NCBI GenBank assembly: GCA_900544255.1
Contig: UQUM01000005.1
Coordinates: 24,892 to 88,891 of the forward strand
Origin: an uncultured Sutterella sp.
Lineage (GTDB): Bacteria; Pseudomonadota; Gammaproteobacteria; Burkholderiales; Burkholderiaceae_F
Length of the DNA stretch: 64,000 nucleotides
Direction: 5' to 3'
This document shows positions 8,811-18,899 of the stretch, piece by piece. Both the position numbers and the translations under genes were made by a program. Each line of letters begins with the position of its first letter. The stretch's first letter is position 1. The notes under the pieces were generated by a model. The model was not told where the DNA came from. It did not search any database and saw only the letters and a list, made by a program, of their open reading frames with translations.

Positions 8811-10532
8811 TCAGTGTCCGTCCGTCGGTTCATCGTCTTCGTCTTCGCCTTCGTAATGCTCATAAATGGCGCCGACGAGACTCAAGGCCACCGCCTCACG
8901 GTCATTAAAGACGTTTTCAATGCCCTCTTGTTTGAGCGCGGCAGCCTGCTCATTGTCCCGGGCCCGCACCAGCACCTCGAGGTCGGGATTCAATTGTTTC
9001 GCCATATCGACGATCTTCTTAAGATTAAGACCGTCGCTTGCCGCCAACACCAACATCAGTGCCGACGCGATATGCGCCTGCACGAGAACCATCGGATCCG
9101 AGGGATCCCCCTGAATCACAGCCCGGTTCTGCGAACGAAGTTCTTCCGCCGTTTCCGGTGTGGACACGACGCTCACAAAAGGAATGTCTTTTTCGATGAG
9201 TTTTTCCATCAGCATCGTCGACACGACGCCTTCACCCACGAGAATCACCTGCCCCGCCAACAGCTTACGAGGTGTCTGCTGCGGCAGCACCGACAGCGGA
9301 TCCACCGCCATTGCCGCCCGCCGCGCCCAGGCAAAATGCTGCGTCAAAAAGCGCCGGAAGGGTTTCGTAGACGCAAACACGATGGGATTCAAGGCAATCG
9401 AAAGAATGGACGCCGCGACCAAAAGACTCATCACCGACGGATCCATCAATTTCAAAGTAATCGCTTGACTCGCCAAAATGAACGTGAATTCGCCGATCTG
9501 CGCCAAGGCCGCACCGACGGAAAGCGTGGTGTGCAGGGGATAGCCCATGAAATGCACGAGGACAAAAACCGAAATCGACTTACCGAAAAGAATAATCGCC
9601 AGTACCGTGAGCACCCCCATCGGTTCATCCACGAGGATATGCCAATCGAGCATCATCCCCACGCCCACGAAAAAGAGCACGGAAAACGCATCCTGCAACG
9701 GAAGCGAATTCACGACCGCGCGGTGCGCATATCGGCTTTCCCGCATCACCATACCGGCAAAGAAAGCGCCCAGGGCGAAGCTCACATGAAAAACGATGGA
9801 GGCCCCGTAGGCAATGCCGATCGCCGCCGCCAAAAGGGACAGCGTGAAAAGTTCACGACTCCCGGTTTTGGCGATCTGCATCAGGGCCCATGGGATAAAG
9901 CGCTGACCGACGAGCAGCATCACCGCCACGAAAGCCGTCACCTGAAAAGCCGTCACCAAAAGCGACCAACTGATTGAGGCCCAAGAGAAAGCCACTTCCC
10001 CGCTGAAGATGTGCGCAAAGGGCGGCAGAAGCACGAGGATCAAGACGCAGACGATATCCTCCACGACGAGCCAACCCACGGAAATCTGACCGTCGATCGT
10101 ATTTAACGTCCCCTGCAGTTCCAGGGCTTTTAAAAGCACCACAGTCGAAGCACAGGATAGGCACAGCCCGAACACGATCGCAGAAGGAATTGAAAAAGCC
10201 CAGAATTCGTGCGCCATCCACGAACCCAAGACAGTCGCCGACAGCATCTGCAAAACGGCGCCCGGCACCGCTATTTTTTTGACGCGCAACAGGTCGCCGA
10301 TGGAAAAATGCAGTCCCACGCCGAACATGAGAAGCATGACGCCGACTTCCATCAGTTCACTTGCCACCTCCATGTCCGCCACCGGCCCCCAGGTATTCTT
10401 CCCCGCCATGATGCCGGCAAGAAGGTACCCCACAAGGGCAGGCATCTTGACGCGTTCGGCGAGATACCCGAAAACAAGTGCCAGGCCAAAAGCAATGGCC
10501 AAGGTCGAAATAAGCGGCAGAGAGTGTTCCAT
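8811..10532 (-). CDS. kefB: CPA2 K+/H+ antiporter with C-terminal RCK/TrkA-N domain (KefB/KefC-like)
   Basis: The N-terminus MEHSLPLISTLAIAFG...GYLLAGI aligns with the KefB N-terminus. A C-terminal Rossmann fold (GQVILVGEG) is present. Homology does not support the track ORF's extension to 10766. Confidence 0.75.
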   Translation of the reverse strand: MEHSLPLISTLAIAFGLALVFGYLAERVKMPALVGYLLAGIMAGKNTWGPVADMEVASELMEVGVMLLMFGVGLHFSIGDLLRVKKIAVPGAVLQMLSATVLGSWMAHEFWAFSIPSAIVFGLCLSCASTVVLLKALELQGTLNTIDGQISVGWLVVEDIVCVLILVLLPPFAHIFSGEVAFSWASISWSLLVTAFQVTAFVAVMLLVGQRFIPWALMQIAKTGSRELFTLSLLAAAIGIAYGASIVFHVSFALGAFFAGMVMRESRYAHRAVVNSLPLQDAFSVLFFVGVGMMLDWHILVDEPMGVLTVLAIILFGKSISVFVLVHFMGYPLHTTLSVGAALAQIGEFTFILASQAITLKLMDPSVMSLLVAASILSIALNPIVFASTKPFRRFLTQHFAWARRAAMAVDPLSVLPQQTPRKLLAGQVILVGEGVVSTMLMEKLIEKDIPFVSVVSTPETAEELRSQNRAVIQGDPSDPMVLVQAHIASALMLVLAASDGLNLKKIVDMAKQLNPDLEVLVRARDNEQAAALKQEGIENVFNDREAVALSLVGAIYEHYEGEDEDDEPTDGH

Positions 10533-10596
10533 GGGTGTGACAGCGCTCAAAAAACGGAACGGGACTAAGACTGAAGTCAGTTTTTGACTGTAGCAG

Positions 10597-10622
10597 AAAA
10601 ACGCCCCGAAGGCGGTCCTCCG
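10597..10622 (-). terminator. Putative rho-independent terminator downstream of rpoD
   Basis: Minus-strand GC hairpin CGCC-TTCGG-GGCG followed by TTTTTCTGCT. Lies between the rpoD stop and the kefB-like start. Confidence 0.3.
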
Positions 10623-10779
10623 AGCGCGGCATTTTAGGAATTTTTTCTCAGCGCCCGCCGGTGAAAACGTGAAAAAGTTTTTCGAAGCGCCGCAATCGTC
10701 CCCGACGGCTGTTTCCCTACGGAAAAACCGCCCGGCATCACGGAGACGACGAGCGGCTTCAAACAATCAGACGCAGAGA

Positions 10780-13221
10780 CTAACCGTTTTCAGAATGGTC
10801 ACGCAGACGTTCCTGGAATTCCTGACTGCGCAGGCGCCGGATGGCGGCGCTTTCGATCTGGCGCACGCGTTCGCGCGTAAGCCCCATCGCCTGGCCCACT
10901 TCCTCCAATGTATGGTCGTGGTTTGTGCCGATGCCGTAACGCAGGCGCAGCACCTGAGCTTCACGGGGCTGCAGTTCGGACAAGCAGTGCTGAATTTCGC
11001 CTTCCATCGCGGTCTTGAGGAAGCGCACCTGCGGATCGTCCGTTTCTTCCCCCTTCACAAAGTCGATGCGGCGCGCATCTTCGTCGTCGCCGATCGGCGC
11101 ATCAATCGATTCCACCCCGCGCATGGCCTGGATGAGAATCTGCACCTTCGCCAGCGGCACCTGGGAGAGTTTGGACAATTCCGCATCCGAAGGATTGCGC
11201 CCCGTTTCCTGCAGAATCTTCTGACGCACGCGTCGGATCTTGTTGTAGGACTCCGTCATGTGCACCGGAATACGGATGGTGTTGCCGTAGTCGGCCACGG
11301 CACGCGTCACGGACTGGCGCACCCACCACGTCGCATAGGTAGAAAACTTATAGCCGCGGCGGTATTCGAACTTGTCCACCGCCTTCATAAGTCCTAAGTT
11401 CCCTTCCTGAATCAGGTCGGTCATCGCAAGCCCGCGGTTGACGTACCCCTTCGCAATCGAAATCACGAGACGGAGGTTCGCTTCGATCATCTTCGCCTTG
11501 GCGTTGGCGAGGTTCGTCTGCGCGAGCTTGATCTGGCGCGAGAGATCTCGCTGATCGTGCAGCGTCAGCAACGCCGCCTTTTCGGCTTCGGACAACTCGT
11601 CCTGCAAATGGTTGATGAGGTTCTGATTCACCTTGATGCGGATCGAATAGGGCGCTCCAGACGCGATCACTTCGTCAATCCAGCCCTTATCCATGCAGCG
11701 TTCGCCCATGTTCTTCAGGAACATGTCGACAGGCATGCCGCCGCGTTCGACCATCACGCTGCGCAGACGCCGCAGGATATCGTTTACCTTGTCCATGTGC
11801 GTCGTGATGAGGTCTGCAAGATGCATCACTTCCTTCACCGCAAAACGCACGGGAGCAAGCGCCTGAGCAATATGTTCGCGGGCCGCGGCATACTGCTTCT
11901 CTTTACCCTTCACGCCGAAGGTCTTGCGGATCACGTCGAGTTCCTTGTCGCAAGACGCAAAAAGTTCGATCGCTCGATCCTTCATTTCGTCCAACTGTTC
12001 ACTCGTCATGGCCGCGGCACCGATGTCGGTCTGCACGGCGTTCTTAGCGTCTTCACCGTCCTCGCTCATTTCCGCGAGTTCCTGCGTGTCCGTAAAGCCG
12101 TCGATCACTTGGTCGATCGCCGAGTCATCGCTCTTTAAGAGTTCCGTCTGCTTCACGAGTTCTTCAACGGCCATCGGGTGCTGAATTACCGCCGACAGGA
12201 GTTTGCCCGTGTACTGTTCGATCGATTTGGCGACTTCGATTTCCCCCGCACGGGTCAGAAGCTTATGCGCCCCGACGCCGCGCAGGTATGCGCGCAGCGG
12301 ATCCTTCGAAAGCCCGGCGCTTTCTTCGGGCGTGAGCATGGCGGCGGCATCTTCTTCACTGATGTCGTCATCATCCCCCACGGGCTCATTCATGATGATG
12401 TCTTCTTCGCTCGGTGCGGTTTCAAAGACCTGAATGCCCAAGCGGCCCAGCTGATCCGTGAGTTCGGAGAGTGCTTCTTCGGTGCGGATCGCATTATCGG
12501 GGAGCTTATCGTTGATTTCAGCGATCGTCACCCAACCGCGCTGACGCCCCATGCGTACCAAGGCACTATAGCCATTGCCGCCCCCGGATCCCTCTTCATC
12601 GTCGCCTTCCACGGGCATCGGCACGCCGGAACCTTCCGCCTTTTCCACGGAATCCGCGAGCTTATCAAGGTCTTCCAAGTTCGCCAATTCTTCGTTGGGG
12701 TCAGCATCGTCATCAGCGTCCGGAACCGCATCTTCATCAAACGGCGCGTTTTCATCGTCGTCCAATTCGTCGTCGGTCTTCTTTTTAGCTTTGCGACTCG
12801 GAGCTTTCTTCACGGTCTTTACAGCTTTCGGCGCCTTTTCCGTTTTCGCCTTCGTCTTTTTCGCGGGTTTCTTTTCTTCCGCCGCTTCAACCACGGCTTC
12901 TGTCACCTCGGCTGCAGCCTTTTTGACGGCCTTTACCGCCTTTTTCACCGTTTTTTTCACGGTAGCGGTTTTTCCCTTTTCAACATCAGCCGGCGCTTCA
13001 ACCTCAGCAGCAGGGGTCTTTGCTTCCGCCTTCGCCGCCTTCGTCTTTGTGACCTTCGCGGGTTTGTCCGCCTTCGCTTTCACCGCCTTCTTACCGGCTT
13101 CTTCCGTTACCACAATGTCGTTTTCCACGTGCAGGCGCGGATTCTTCTCGAGCCACTCCATGATGGGATCGCCCGCCGCTTTCTTCATCGTCTTTTTCGT
13201 GTCTTTTTTTGCCGTTGCCAT
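10780..13221 (-). CDS. rpoD: RNA polymerase sigma-70 RpoD with long Lys/Ala-rich, H1-like N-terminal extension
   Basis: C-terminal regions 2-4 are highly conserved (DLIQEGNLGLMKAVDKFEYRRGYKFSTYATWWVRQ...). Region 1.1 starts near aa 215. The exact start codon is uncertain (M1, M12 or M21). Confidence 0.9.
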   Translation of the reverse strand: MATAKKDTKKTMKKAAGDPIMEWLEKNPRLHVENDIVVTEEAGKKAVKAKADKPAKVTKTKAAKAEAKTPAAEVEAPADVEKGKTATVKKTVKKAVKAVKKAAAEVTEAVVEAAEEKKPAKKTKAKTEKAPKAVKTVKKAPSRKAKKKTDDELDDDENAPFDEDAVPDADDDADPNEELANLEDLDKLADSVEKAEGSGVPMPVEGDDEEGSGGGNGYSALVRMGRQRGWVTIAEINDKLPDNAIRTEEALSELTDQLGRLGIQVFETAPSEEDIIMNEPVGDDDDISEEDAAAMLTPEESAGLSKDPLRAYLRGVGAHKLLTRAGEIEVAKSIEQYTGKLLSAVIQHPMAVEELVKQTELLKSDDSAIDQVIDGFTDTQELAEMSEDGEDAKNAVQTDIGAAAMTSEQLDEMKDRAIELFASCDKELDVIRKTFGVKGKEKQYAAAREHIAQALAPVRFAVKEVMHLADLITTHMDKVNDILRRLRSVMVERGGMPVDMFLKNMGERCMDKGWIDEVIASGAPYSIRIKVNQNLINHLQDELSEAEKAALLTLHDQRDLSRQIKLAQTNLANAKAKMIEANLRLVISIAKGYVNRGLAMTDLIQEGNLGLMKAVDKFEYRRGYKFSTYATWWVRQSVTRAVADYGNTIRIPVHMTESYNKIRRVRQKILQETGRNPSDAELSKLSQVPLAKVQILIQAMRGVESIDAPIGDDEDARRIDFVKGEETDDPQVRFLKTAMEGEIQHCLSELQPREAQVLRLRYGIGTNHDHTLEEVGQAMGLTRERVRQIESAAIRRLRSQEFQERLRDHSENG

Positions 13222-13265
13222 GGTATAAATAGTGTCTGCCTGAATTGGACGGAAGTTGCCAAAGG

Positions 13266-13311
13266 GAAAAACAATAGAAAAAGCGCGGTCTCTTCGTTCG
13301 GAAGAACCCGC
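13266..13311 (-). terminator. Hairpin plus U-tract (terminator/attenuator) ~50-90 nt upstream of the rpoD ATG
   Basis: Minus-sense GCGGGTTCTTC-CGAAC-GAAGAGACCGC followed by GCTTTTTCTATTGTTTTT. Confidence 0.4.
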
Positions 13312-13679
13312 TCAAACTTTTTCATTTCGTCTTCAGAATGCCCTCTTCACGCCGAATAAATGTCAGTTGCCGGATAACGTTTTCACTGCCGCTCGGTACG
13401 AATCGCGTTCACCCGACGCCCGCAGTCTTCCTGCCGCAACACACGTTAAGCCAAGGGCCGAGCTCGGTGTCCGTCCGTTTTGGGGACACGCTGTGTAGAA
13501 GTGTGTACGACACTGAATGAGTCAGCACCCCGCCTCCGACGGCTTTCGCTCGTCTCCTGGACGTGTTTGCTCCGGTAGCAAACGCGGGCGCCAAAAGTTC
13601 GTAGATTATCCCACAGTTTTACTTTCAAATACAGTTACAGAAAACTCAATCACTTGATTTTTGTCAAATATTGTTGGAA

Positions 13680-15551
13680 TCAAAGCGCTGAGGTCCCGCT
13701 CGTGCGATCGTAAAGTGCCGCAGATTCCGTCATGGACTGCTGCACGGCCTTCATACGCACCGTGAGTACGGAATACTGCTTCAAATCCGGTTCGAGAGAC
13801 GTCACGATTTCCTGCAGCCGCCGCTTGATTCGATCGATTTCCAAACGGCAAAGCGCCATGTGAATTTCCTGACGGGCCGCCGGCAACGGCGTTTCCAACA
13901 CCATTTCCTGCGTGAGCAACGTCCGATAATGAGCGGCATGAGGGCTCGAAGACAGCATCTCCAACAGCAGCTGCGGCTGTTCCACGGGATGCGCTTCGTC
14001 GGCCGCGGCCGTCCGCCACACTTCCACGATCTCCTGCGCCACCGTGTCGGTCCCGTCCGTAAATTCTTCGGCAATACGGGGGCCGAATTCCACCGTGAGC
14101 GACGGATAGCTCACAAAGTACTGCAGTAATTTTTCCCGCATATCGGCGACGCCGATCCGGGGTTCGATCACCGCAGGCGTTCTTCTCGCACCGCCTTTCC
14201 AAGCCCCCGGGCGCCGCTTCCAGTCAGGACGGCCGGTAATAAAGCCGTCCCCTTCCGCGGCCGCAATACCGAACGCCTGCGCCAATTCGTCCGCCGTCAT
14301 CCGCGCGTACATCGCGAGTTCCGATAAGAGCTGCACCCGCAATAAAGGCGCACTGCGCATGCTCACCACCAAGGGCTTGGCTTCCGCCAAAAATTGGCTG
14401 CGGCCTTCCCCGGTCGAGAGATCCTTTCCTTCCGAAACCGTCTTCACGAAAAACTGCGTGAGCGGAAGACTTTTTTCTATTTCCGCTTCAAAGGCTTCAG
14501 ACCCCTTCGCCTTAATAAGGCTGTCGGGATCGTGTTCGGGCGGCAGCACGACAAAACGCACCTCCTGCGAGTCCCCCACCACCGGAAGCGCCGCTATAAG
14601 CGCCCGACGCAATGCCTTTTGCCCAGCGCCGTCACCGTCGAAACTGAAATAAATCTTGTCCGTCGTTTTCAGGAGCTTATGCACGTGATCCGGCGTAATC
14701 GACGTTCCCAGCGCCGCCACCGCTTCCTCAAAGCCGGCCTGAGCGAGCTGAATAACGTCCATATAGCCTTCGCAGACGATGGCACGCCCCTTTTTCCGGA
14801 TGGCGTCATATGCTTCAAAGAGGCCGTAGATTTCCAGCCCCTTGTGATAAATCACCGTTTCCGGGCCATTGATGTATTTCGGTACCTCGTCAGGTACCAT
14901 CGTCCGAGCCCCGAAACTGATGACCTGACCGCGACGATTGCGGATCGGAAAAATCACGCGGCCGCGGTACCGATCGTATCGGTAACCTTTGTCATTGATG
15001 ACGACGAGGCCGCAACCGTCCTTTTCTTCCATTTCCGCGTCGTCGTACTGACTGCCGAATACATTGCGCAGACCGTGAAAGTCGTCCGGCGCGTACCCCA
15101 AACCGTAACGGCTCGCCGTCGCTCCGCTGATGCCGCGACCTTTGAGGTAATCCTGAGCGCGCTGACTTGTTTTGAGTGACTCTTTATAAAAGTCCGCCGC
15201 TACCTGCATCCGATCCGTGAGCGTCCGAGCCCGGGCCTCCCGTTCCGCTGTCTTCGGATCCTCGGCGGGCACCTGCATGCCGACCTGATCCGCAAGGCGT
15301 TTGACGGCCTCGGGAAAATTGAGCCCCTCATACTGCATCACGAACCCGATGGCCGTTCCCGAAGCGCCGCATCCGAAACACTTGAAAAACTGCTTTTGGG
15401 GATTGACGTTAAATGACGGCGTTTTCTCGTTATGAAACGGGCAACAGGCCTGGAAATTCTTACCGGTCTTTTTAAGCGGCACTACTTTATTGACGAGTTC
15501 GACGAGATCAATACGGTTTAAGAGTTCCTGAATAAAAGACTGAGGGATCAT
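13680..15551 (-). CDS. dnaG: DNA primase DnaG
   Basis: Zinc-binding CPFHNEKTPSF, TOPRIM domain, 623 aa. Located in the rpsU-yqeY-dnaG-rpoD operon. Confidence 0.9.
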   Translation of the reverse strand: MIPQSFIQELLNRIDLVELVNKVVPLKKTGKNFQACCPFHNEKTPSFNVNPQKQFFKCFGCGASGTAIGFVMQYEGLNFPEAVKRLADQVGMQVPAEDPKTAEREARARTLTDRMQVAADFYKESLKTSQRAQDYLKGRGISGATASRYGLGYAPDDFHGLRNVFGSQYDDAEMEEKDGCGLVVINDKGYRYDRYRGRVIFPIRNRRGQVISFGARTMVPDEVPKYINGPETVIYHKGLEIYGLFEAYDAIRKKGRAIVCEGYMDVIQLAQAGFEEAVAALGTSITPDHVHKLLKTTDKIYFSFDGDGAGQKALRRALIAALPVVGDSQEVRFVVLPPEHDPDSLIKAKGSEAFEAEIEKSLPLTQFFVKTVSEGKDLSTGEGRSQFLAEAKPLVVSMRSAPLLRVQLLSELAMYARMTADELAQAFGIAAAEGDGFITGRPDWKRRPGAWKGGARRTPAVIEPRIGVADMREKLLQYFVSYPSLTVEFGPRIAEEFTDGTDTVAQEIVEVWRTAAADEAHPVEQPQLLLEMLSSSPHAAHYRTLLTQEMVLETPLPAARQEIHMALCRLEIDRIKRRLQEIVTSLEPDLKQYSVLTVRMKAVQQSMTESAALYDRTSGTSAL

Positions 15552-15654
15552 GAGAAACGGGTACGCAAAAAATCAACCGGCAGAAAATAAAACGGCGTTC
15601 GGGAAAGGACTTCTCGGACGCCGCTTCTCGTGGGGAGAATGATACTCGCGGGGA

Positions 15655-16170
15655 TTAAGCCGTCAGCGCCGCCTTCACGAGCGCACTCACCTTCCCCATA
15701 TCGGCACGGCCGGCACATTTCGCCTTCACCACGCCCATCACTTTCCCCATACCGGCCATGCCGACCGCTCCCGTCGCCATCACGGCTTCCGCAACGACGG
15801 CCTTGATTTCATCGTCCGACATCTGCTGCGGGAGATACTTATTCATCACGTCGATTTCGAACTGTTCCTTCGCAGCGAGATCGGCACGGTTCGCGGCCGT
15901 GTACTGTTCGACGGAATCGCGACGCTGCTTCACGAGCTTGGCAATCACCCCGATCACGAGGTCGTCCGTCGGTTCCACGCGTTCATCCACCTCGCGCTGC
16001 TTCACCGCAGCGAGCAAAAGACGAATGGCCGAAAGTTTCGCGGTGTCATGCGCCTTCATGGCGTCTTTCATGTCCGCGGTAATCTGTTCCTTGAGAGTCA
16101 TCTCACATTTCTCCGAAAACAAAAGCGGCCGCCCAGAAAACTCCGAGAGGCCGCTTTCTTCGACCGGCAT
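15655..16170 (-). CDS. yqeY: GatB/YqeY domain protein
   Basis: 171 aa. Conserved position between rpsU and dnaG. Confidence 0.75.
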   Translation of the reverse strand: MPVEESGLSEFSGRPLLFSEKCEMTLKEQITADMKDAMKAHDTAKLSAIRLLLAAVKQREVDERVEPTDDLVIGVIAKLVKQRRDSVEQYTAANRADLAAKEQFEIDVMNKYLPQQMSDDEIKAVVAEAVMATGAVGMAGMGKVMGVVKAKCAGRADMGKVSALVKAALTA

Positions 16171-16211
16171 TGTAATAAACGCCGCCGGGCGATGCTTGCT
16201 GCAAAAAGCGA

Positions 16212-16424
16212 TTAGTACAGCTTCTTGGGCAGCATCATGCTGCGAAGACGCTTGTAGTGACGCTTGATGGCAGCTGCCTTCTTGCGCTTACGTTCAGCCG
16301 TGGGCTTCTCGTAAAACTCACGAGCACGAAGCTCGGTGAGCAGGCCGGACTTTTCGATAGTGCGCTTGAAGCGACGAAGCGCAACTTCAAACGGTTCGTT
16401 TTCCTTAACGCGAATGGTAGGCAT
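16212..16424 (-). CDS. rpsU: 30S ribosomal protein S21
   Basis: [21 protein letters not shown]...KRHYKRLR is a textbook S21 sequence. Confidence 0.92.
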   Translation of the reverse strand: MPTIRVKENEPFEVALRRFKRTIEKSGLLTELRAREFYEKPTAERKRKKAAAIKRHYKRLRSMMLPKKLY

Positions 16425-16607
16425 TGATAAGCACCTAATCCTTTGCTTGTTGGTGGTGGTTTATTGTGCTCAAGTCGTGCGTCCTAACCTAAGGGCGCAT
16501 ATCATCCTCAAACACAGAAATTTGAAAGGCCTCATTTTTGCACAGTTTTGCGCTAAAGTAAATAGCCTTGTCAGAAAAATTGCTTTTTCTTCAGGAGCTT
16601 TTGTTCG

Positions 16608-17237
16608 ATGGAATCCCTGCTTCTTCACAGCTGCTGCGCGCCGTGTTCGGCGGCGGTGATTGAATGGATGCTGAATAACGACATTCAGCCCACAGTCTAC
16701 TACTACAACCCCAACATCTTTCCTCGGGAAGAATATGAAAAGCGCAAAGCCGAACTGACGCGCTACTGCGGCGAACGCGGCATCACCGTGATCGACGGCG
16801 ACTGGGAGCACGACGTATGGCGAAAAGCCGTCAGAGGACTGGAACTTGAACCCGAACGCGGGCGCCGCTGTCAGGCGTGCTTTAACCTGCGGCTTGCGGC
16901 CGCGGCAAAAAAATGTCACGAACTCGGTCTCAAGCGCTTTACCACGACGCTCGCCTCAAGCCGCTGGAAAGACTTAAAGCAGGTGGATGCCGCCGGGTTT
17001 GCCGCCGCTGCACTTTATGAGAACGTCACCTACTGGGACAAAAACTGGCGCAAAGGAGGGCTGCAGGAACGCAGAAACGAATTGATCCGCCTCAATCATT
17101 TCTATAACCAGCTGTGGTGCGGATGCGAGTTTTCGATGGCAGGCCTAAAGGAACGCGAGGTCCGGGCCGCACAAACAACCGCCCGATCAAACGACAACAC
17201 ACCAACTATTTCATCCGATAAATCAGACGGCTCCTGA
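16608..17237 (+). CDS. queH: Epoxyqueuosine reductase QueH (DUF208)
   Basis: LLLHSCCAPCS Cys motif plus additional conserved Cys. 209 aa. Confidence 0.75.
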   Translation: MESLLLHSCCAPCSAAVIEWMLNNDIQPTVYYYNPNIFPREEYEKRKAELTRYCGERGITVIDGDWEHDVWRKAVRGLELEPERGRRCQACFNLRLAAAAKKCHELGLKRFTTTLASSRWKDLKQVDAAGFAAAALYENVTYWDKNWRKGGLQERRNELIRLNHFYNQLWCGCEFSMAGLKEREVRAAQTTARSNDNTPTISSDKSDGS

Positions 17238-17330
17238 GAAAATTTTCCGAATCGTTTGCCTTCGAGGCTCTTTTTCTGTAATATCCGCTCCCTCGAAGAA
17301 GAGCTCGGACAACCGAACTTTTTGCTTCGC

Positions 17331-17424
17331 GGAGAAGTGGCCGAGTGGCTGAAGGCACACCCCTGCTAAGGGTGCAGATCAAAAATAACTGGTCTCGAGG
17401 GTTCGAATCCCTCCTTCTCCGCCA
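17331..17424 (+). tRNA. tRNA-Ser (anticodon GCU), CCA encoded
   Basis: Acceptor GGAGAAG/CTTCTCC, anticodon arm CACCC-CTGCTAA-GGGTG, long variable arm, T-arm GAGGG-TTCGAAT-CCCTC, G discriminator plus CCA. Confidence 0.85.
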
Positions 17425-17432
17425 GGATTCAG

Positions 17433-17470
17433 ACGCCTCAGAATGATGAATTCTGAGGCGTCTTCATTTC
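17433..17470 (+). terminator. Rho-independent terminator after tRNA-Ser
   Basis: 13-bp stem GACGCCTCAGAAT/ATTCTGAGGCGTC, loop GATGA, followed by TTCATTTCTG. Confidence 0.55.
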
Positions 17471-17531
17471 TGTATTAGAAAAAAAACGGCGGAGGATTTT
17501 GACCTGTCGTCGTCTCGTTCGAGGACTTTTC

Positions 17532-18899
17532 TCAGTGCTCGAGCACGAACATATCCTCAATATACCCTGAGTCACTCACACGCACGGCATACCGCTGATG
17601 ATGCGACTGATTGATCATCCAGCGATCCAACTCTTCCTGTACCCGCCGCACGTCGGCCGTGAGCTGCGCCAAATAATCATCATGCTGATCATTTAACTCG
17701 CGGGCATGCTGACTGATGGCGCCGGCCAACTGAATTTCCGCTTCGTTCATGATGCGGGCATTGCGATTCAACGCGTCTTCCGCAATATGCTGCGCTTTCA
17801 CAATGACGGGTTTAACGTCCGGAAACGCCGTGATGTCCTTTTCAATTTCCGCCGCACCGTGCAGTTCGTGCACATACGTGTCGCCCCCGATCACGCGCAG
17901 AATCGACAGAATACGGCGCACGCGCACAATGACTTCCCGCACGCTGATGCAGGCCATGACGTACTGCAGCGAATGATCCGTGTCTTCCAAGGTTCTCATT
18001 ACGTTCACACGGTCTTCGATGTCGGCGTCAATGCGGATCGCCGAAGCGTTCACCACATTTTCGAGCGCGTCGATACGCTGGTTGCGTTCCGTGGCCGGCC
18101 CCGTTTCCGCCCCGATCCGGCAATAGTCCGCCGCCAAATCCGAGAGCTCCTTAAAGCGCAGCTGCCAGTTGCGGGCCGCCAACGCCGACACATATTTCAC
18201 GATGCCCTTAACGTGTTCGCCCAACACCGCCAATTCCGCATCCAGTTCCTTTTTGAGCGGATGTTCCTTATCCGTAGGATTCAACGCACACCACAGCGCA
18301 TGCACGCGCCCGGGCTGCCCCCAGGAACTGTCGGGCATCAGCATGGGTTCCCCCATCTGTACGCCGTCGCCGTCGATGGCGCAGATCTGCAGATCGGATG
18401 CCACGGCGTTGGCCCGCGGGTGATACCCCTGCTTCAAAGCCTCTTCCAGAACCGGCGAAAACGACACCGCATAAATATGGCGTTCAAAGGGACTTTCCGG
18501 AACCCAGGCGAGTTTATTGACGTTGGCAAAGAGGCAGTCCAACCCCCGGGCATCATGAAAACCGATGTTGAGCGACCGCCAATATTCCCGGTCAATCTTA
18601 AAGGCGCGCTGAATAAAGACTTCCGCCACCGTCGCGTCGCCCCGCATCGCAGTCACCGCAAGCATCCGGGGGCGCCCCGGTCCCATGGCTTCAAAATCAA
18701 GGACGGCCTGCGATTTGGTTTCCGCATTGTCCTGTGCCGTTTTCGGCGTGGGCTGCTCTGTTGCCTTATCACGATGGGCTACGGAAGGCATCGGCGGCTT
18801 TTTGGTACGGCGACGCATCATCTGCCAGACAAACCCCGCCCCCACGACGGCGACCGCCGCAAGCGGCGCACCGATACTGACGATATCCTGCACAACCAT
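17532..18899 (-). CDS. Uncharacterised membrane-anchored protein (N-terminal TM helix, Pro/Thr-rich linker, ~400-aa soluble domain)
   Basis: Start chosen at ATG 18899, preceded by a GAGGAAG SD. The track ORF extends to 18932. No recognisable catalytic motif. Confidence 0.5.
   Translation of the reverse strand: MVVQDIVSIGAPLAAVAVVGAGFVWQMMRRRTKKPPMPSVAHRDKATEQPTPKTAQDNAETKSQAVLDFEAMGPGRPRMLAVTAMRGDATVAEVFIQRAFKIDREYWRSLNIGFHDARGLDCLFANVNKLAWVPESPFERHIYAVSFSPVLEEALKQGYHPRANAVASDLQICAIDGDGVQMGEPMLMPDSSWGQPGRVHALWCALNPTDKEHPLKKELDAELAVLGEHVKGIVKYVSALAARNWQLRFKELSDLAADYCRIGAETGPATERNQRIDALENVVNASAIRIDADIEDRVNVMRTLEDTDHSLQYVMACISVREVIVRVRRILSILRVIGGDTYVHELHGAAEIEKDITAFPDVKPVIVKAQHIAEDALNRNARIMNEAEIQLAGAISQHARELNDQHDDYLAQLTADVRRVQEELDRWMINQSHHQRYAVRVSDSGYIEDMFVLEH

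Noticed and set aside
10533-10766. N-terminal 78-aa extension of the kefB-like ORF as given in the ORF track
   Set aside because: KefB homology begins at MEHSLPLIS (ATG 10532). The extension contains a terminator-like hairpin for rpoD and has no homology. It is probably 5' UTR.
12575-13228. 217-aa Ser/Ala/Phe-rich + strand ORF
   Set aside because: It is the exact antisense of the Lys/Ala-rich rpoD N-terminal extension. Lys codons AAA/AAG read as TTT/CTT (Phe/Leu) on the other strand. It is a shadow of a compositionally biased coding region.
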